DNA of 64,000 nucleotides, taken from positions 30,123 through 94,122 of the IMG/VR virus record IMGVR_UViG_3300046518_000226; one strand, given 5' to 3'. Each line of letters begins with the position of its first letter. Position 1 is the first letter of the stretch. Below the pieces are notes generated by a model that was not told the origin of the DNA, did no database searches, and worked only from the letters and a program-made list of their open reading frames with translations. Of this stretch, positions 63,976 through 64,000 are shown one piece after another. A program made the position numbers and the translations under genes. This DNA is from a virus.

Positions 63976-64000
63976 ATACCCCCTCCCACCCCCTCCCGTT

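Larger units (their letters stand above)
1..64000. mobile_element. Temperate myovirus genome segment (non-integrated form, incomplete: terminase not seen)
   Basis: Continuous phage modules (head, contractile tail, lysis, integrase plus intact attP, replication, early genes); no host housekeeping genes. Confidence 0.95.

Noticed and set aside
1-64000. Terminase-less or repressor-less phage
   Set aside because: The window is a partial genome; these genes probably lie outside it

Overview
The whole window is part of a GC-rich, temperate, contractile-tailed (myovirus) phage genome, seen in its free form: attP is intact and there is no host DNA. SSB and tail-fibre chaperone look Pseudomonas-like. 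Layout: (1) 1-5.1 kb, leftward accessory genes: an orphan C5 methyltransferase, two DUF4214-type paralogues and a holin-like gene. (2) 5.2-31.7 kb, virion module resembling SPO1/A511/K-type phages: portal, head morphogenesis, protease, scaffold, capsid, neck, sheath, tube, frameshifted chaperone, tape measure with transglycosylase, baseplate and fibre. (3) 31.8-34.2 kb, lysis. (4) 34.2-36.3 kb, TraR/DksA-like gene, tyrosine integrase and attP (3' half of tRNA-Arg(ACG) plus arm repeats). (5) 36.3-44.3 kb, leftward recombination operon. (6) 44.5-50.5 kb, rightward replication operon. (7) 50.6-63.3 kb, leftward early genes, followed by an iteron/IHF origin-like region. No terminase or CI-type repressor is recognisable in the window. 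Best novelty candidates: two large, highly structured non-coding RNAs in the head module (6.9-7.15 kb and 8.58-8.94 kb); a genome-wide CGTGAC-N2-SANNAT promoter-like motif that often predicts leaderless virion mRNAs; late-controlled DUF4214 proteins; catalytically degenerate copies of the phage's own helicase; and an attP tRNA fragment that seems mismatched to the apparent host. All family calls come from motif recognition by eye and all RNA folds were made by hand; no database searches were run.
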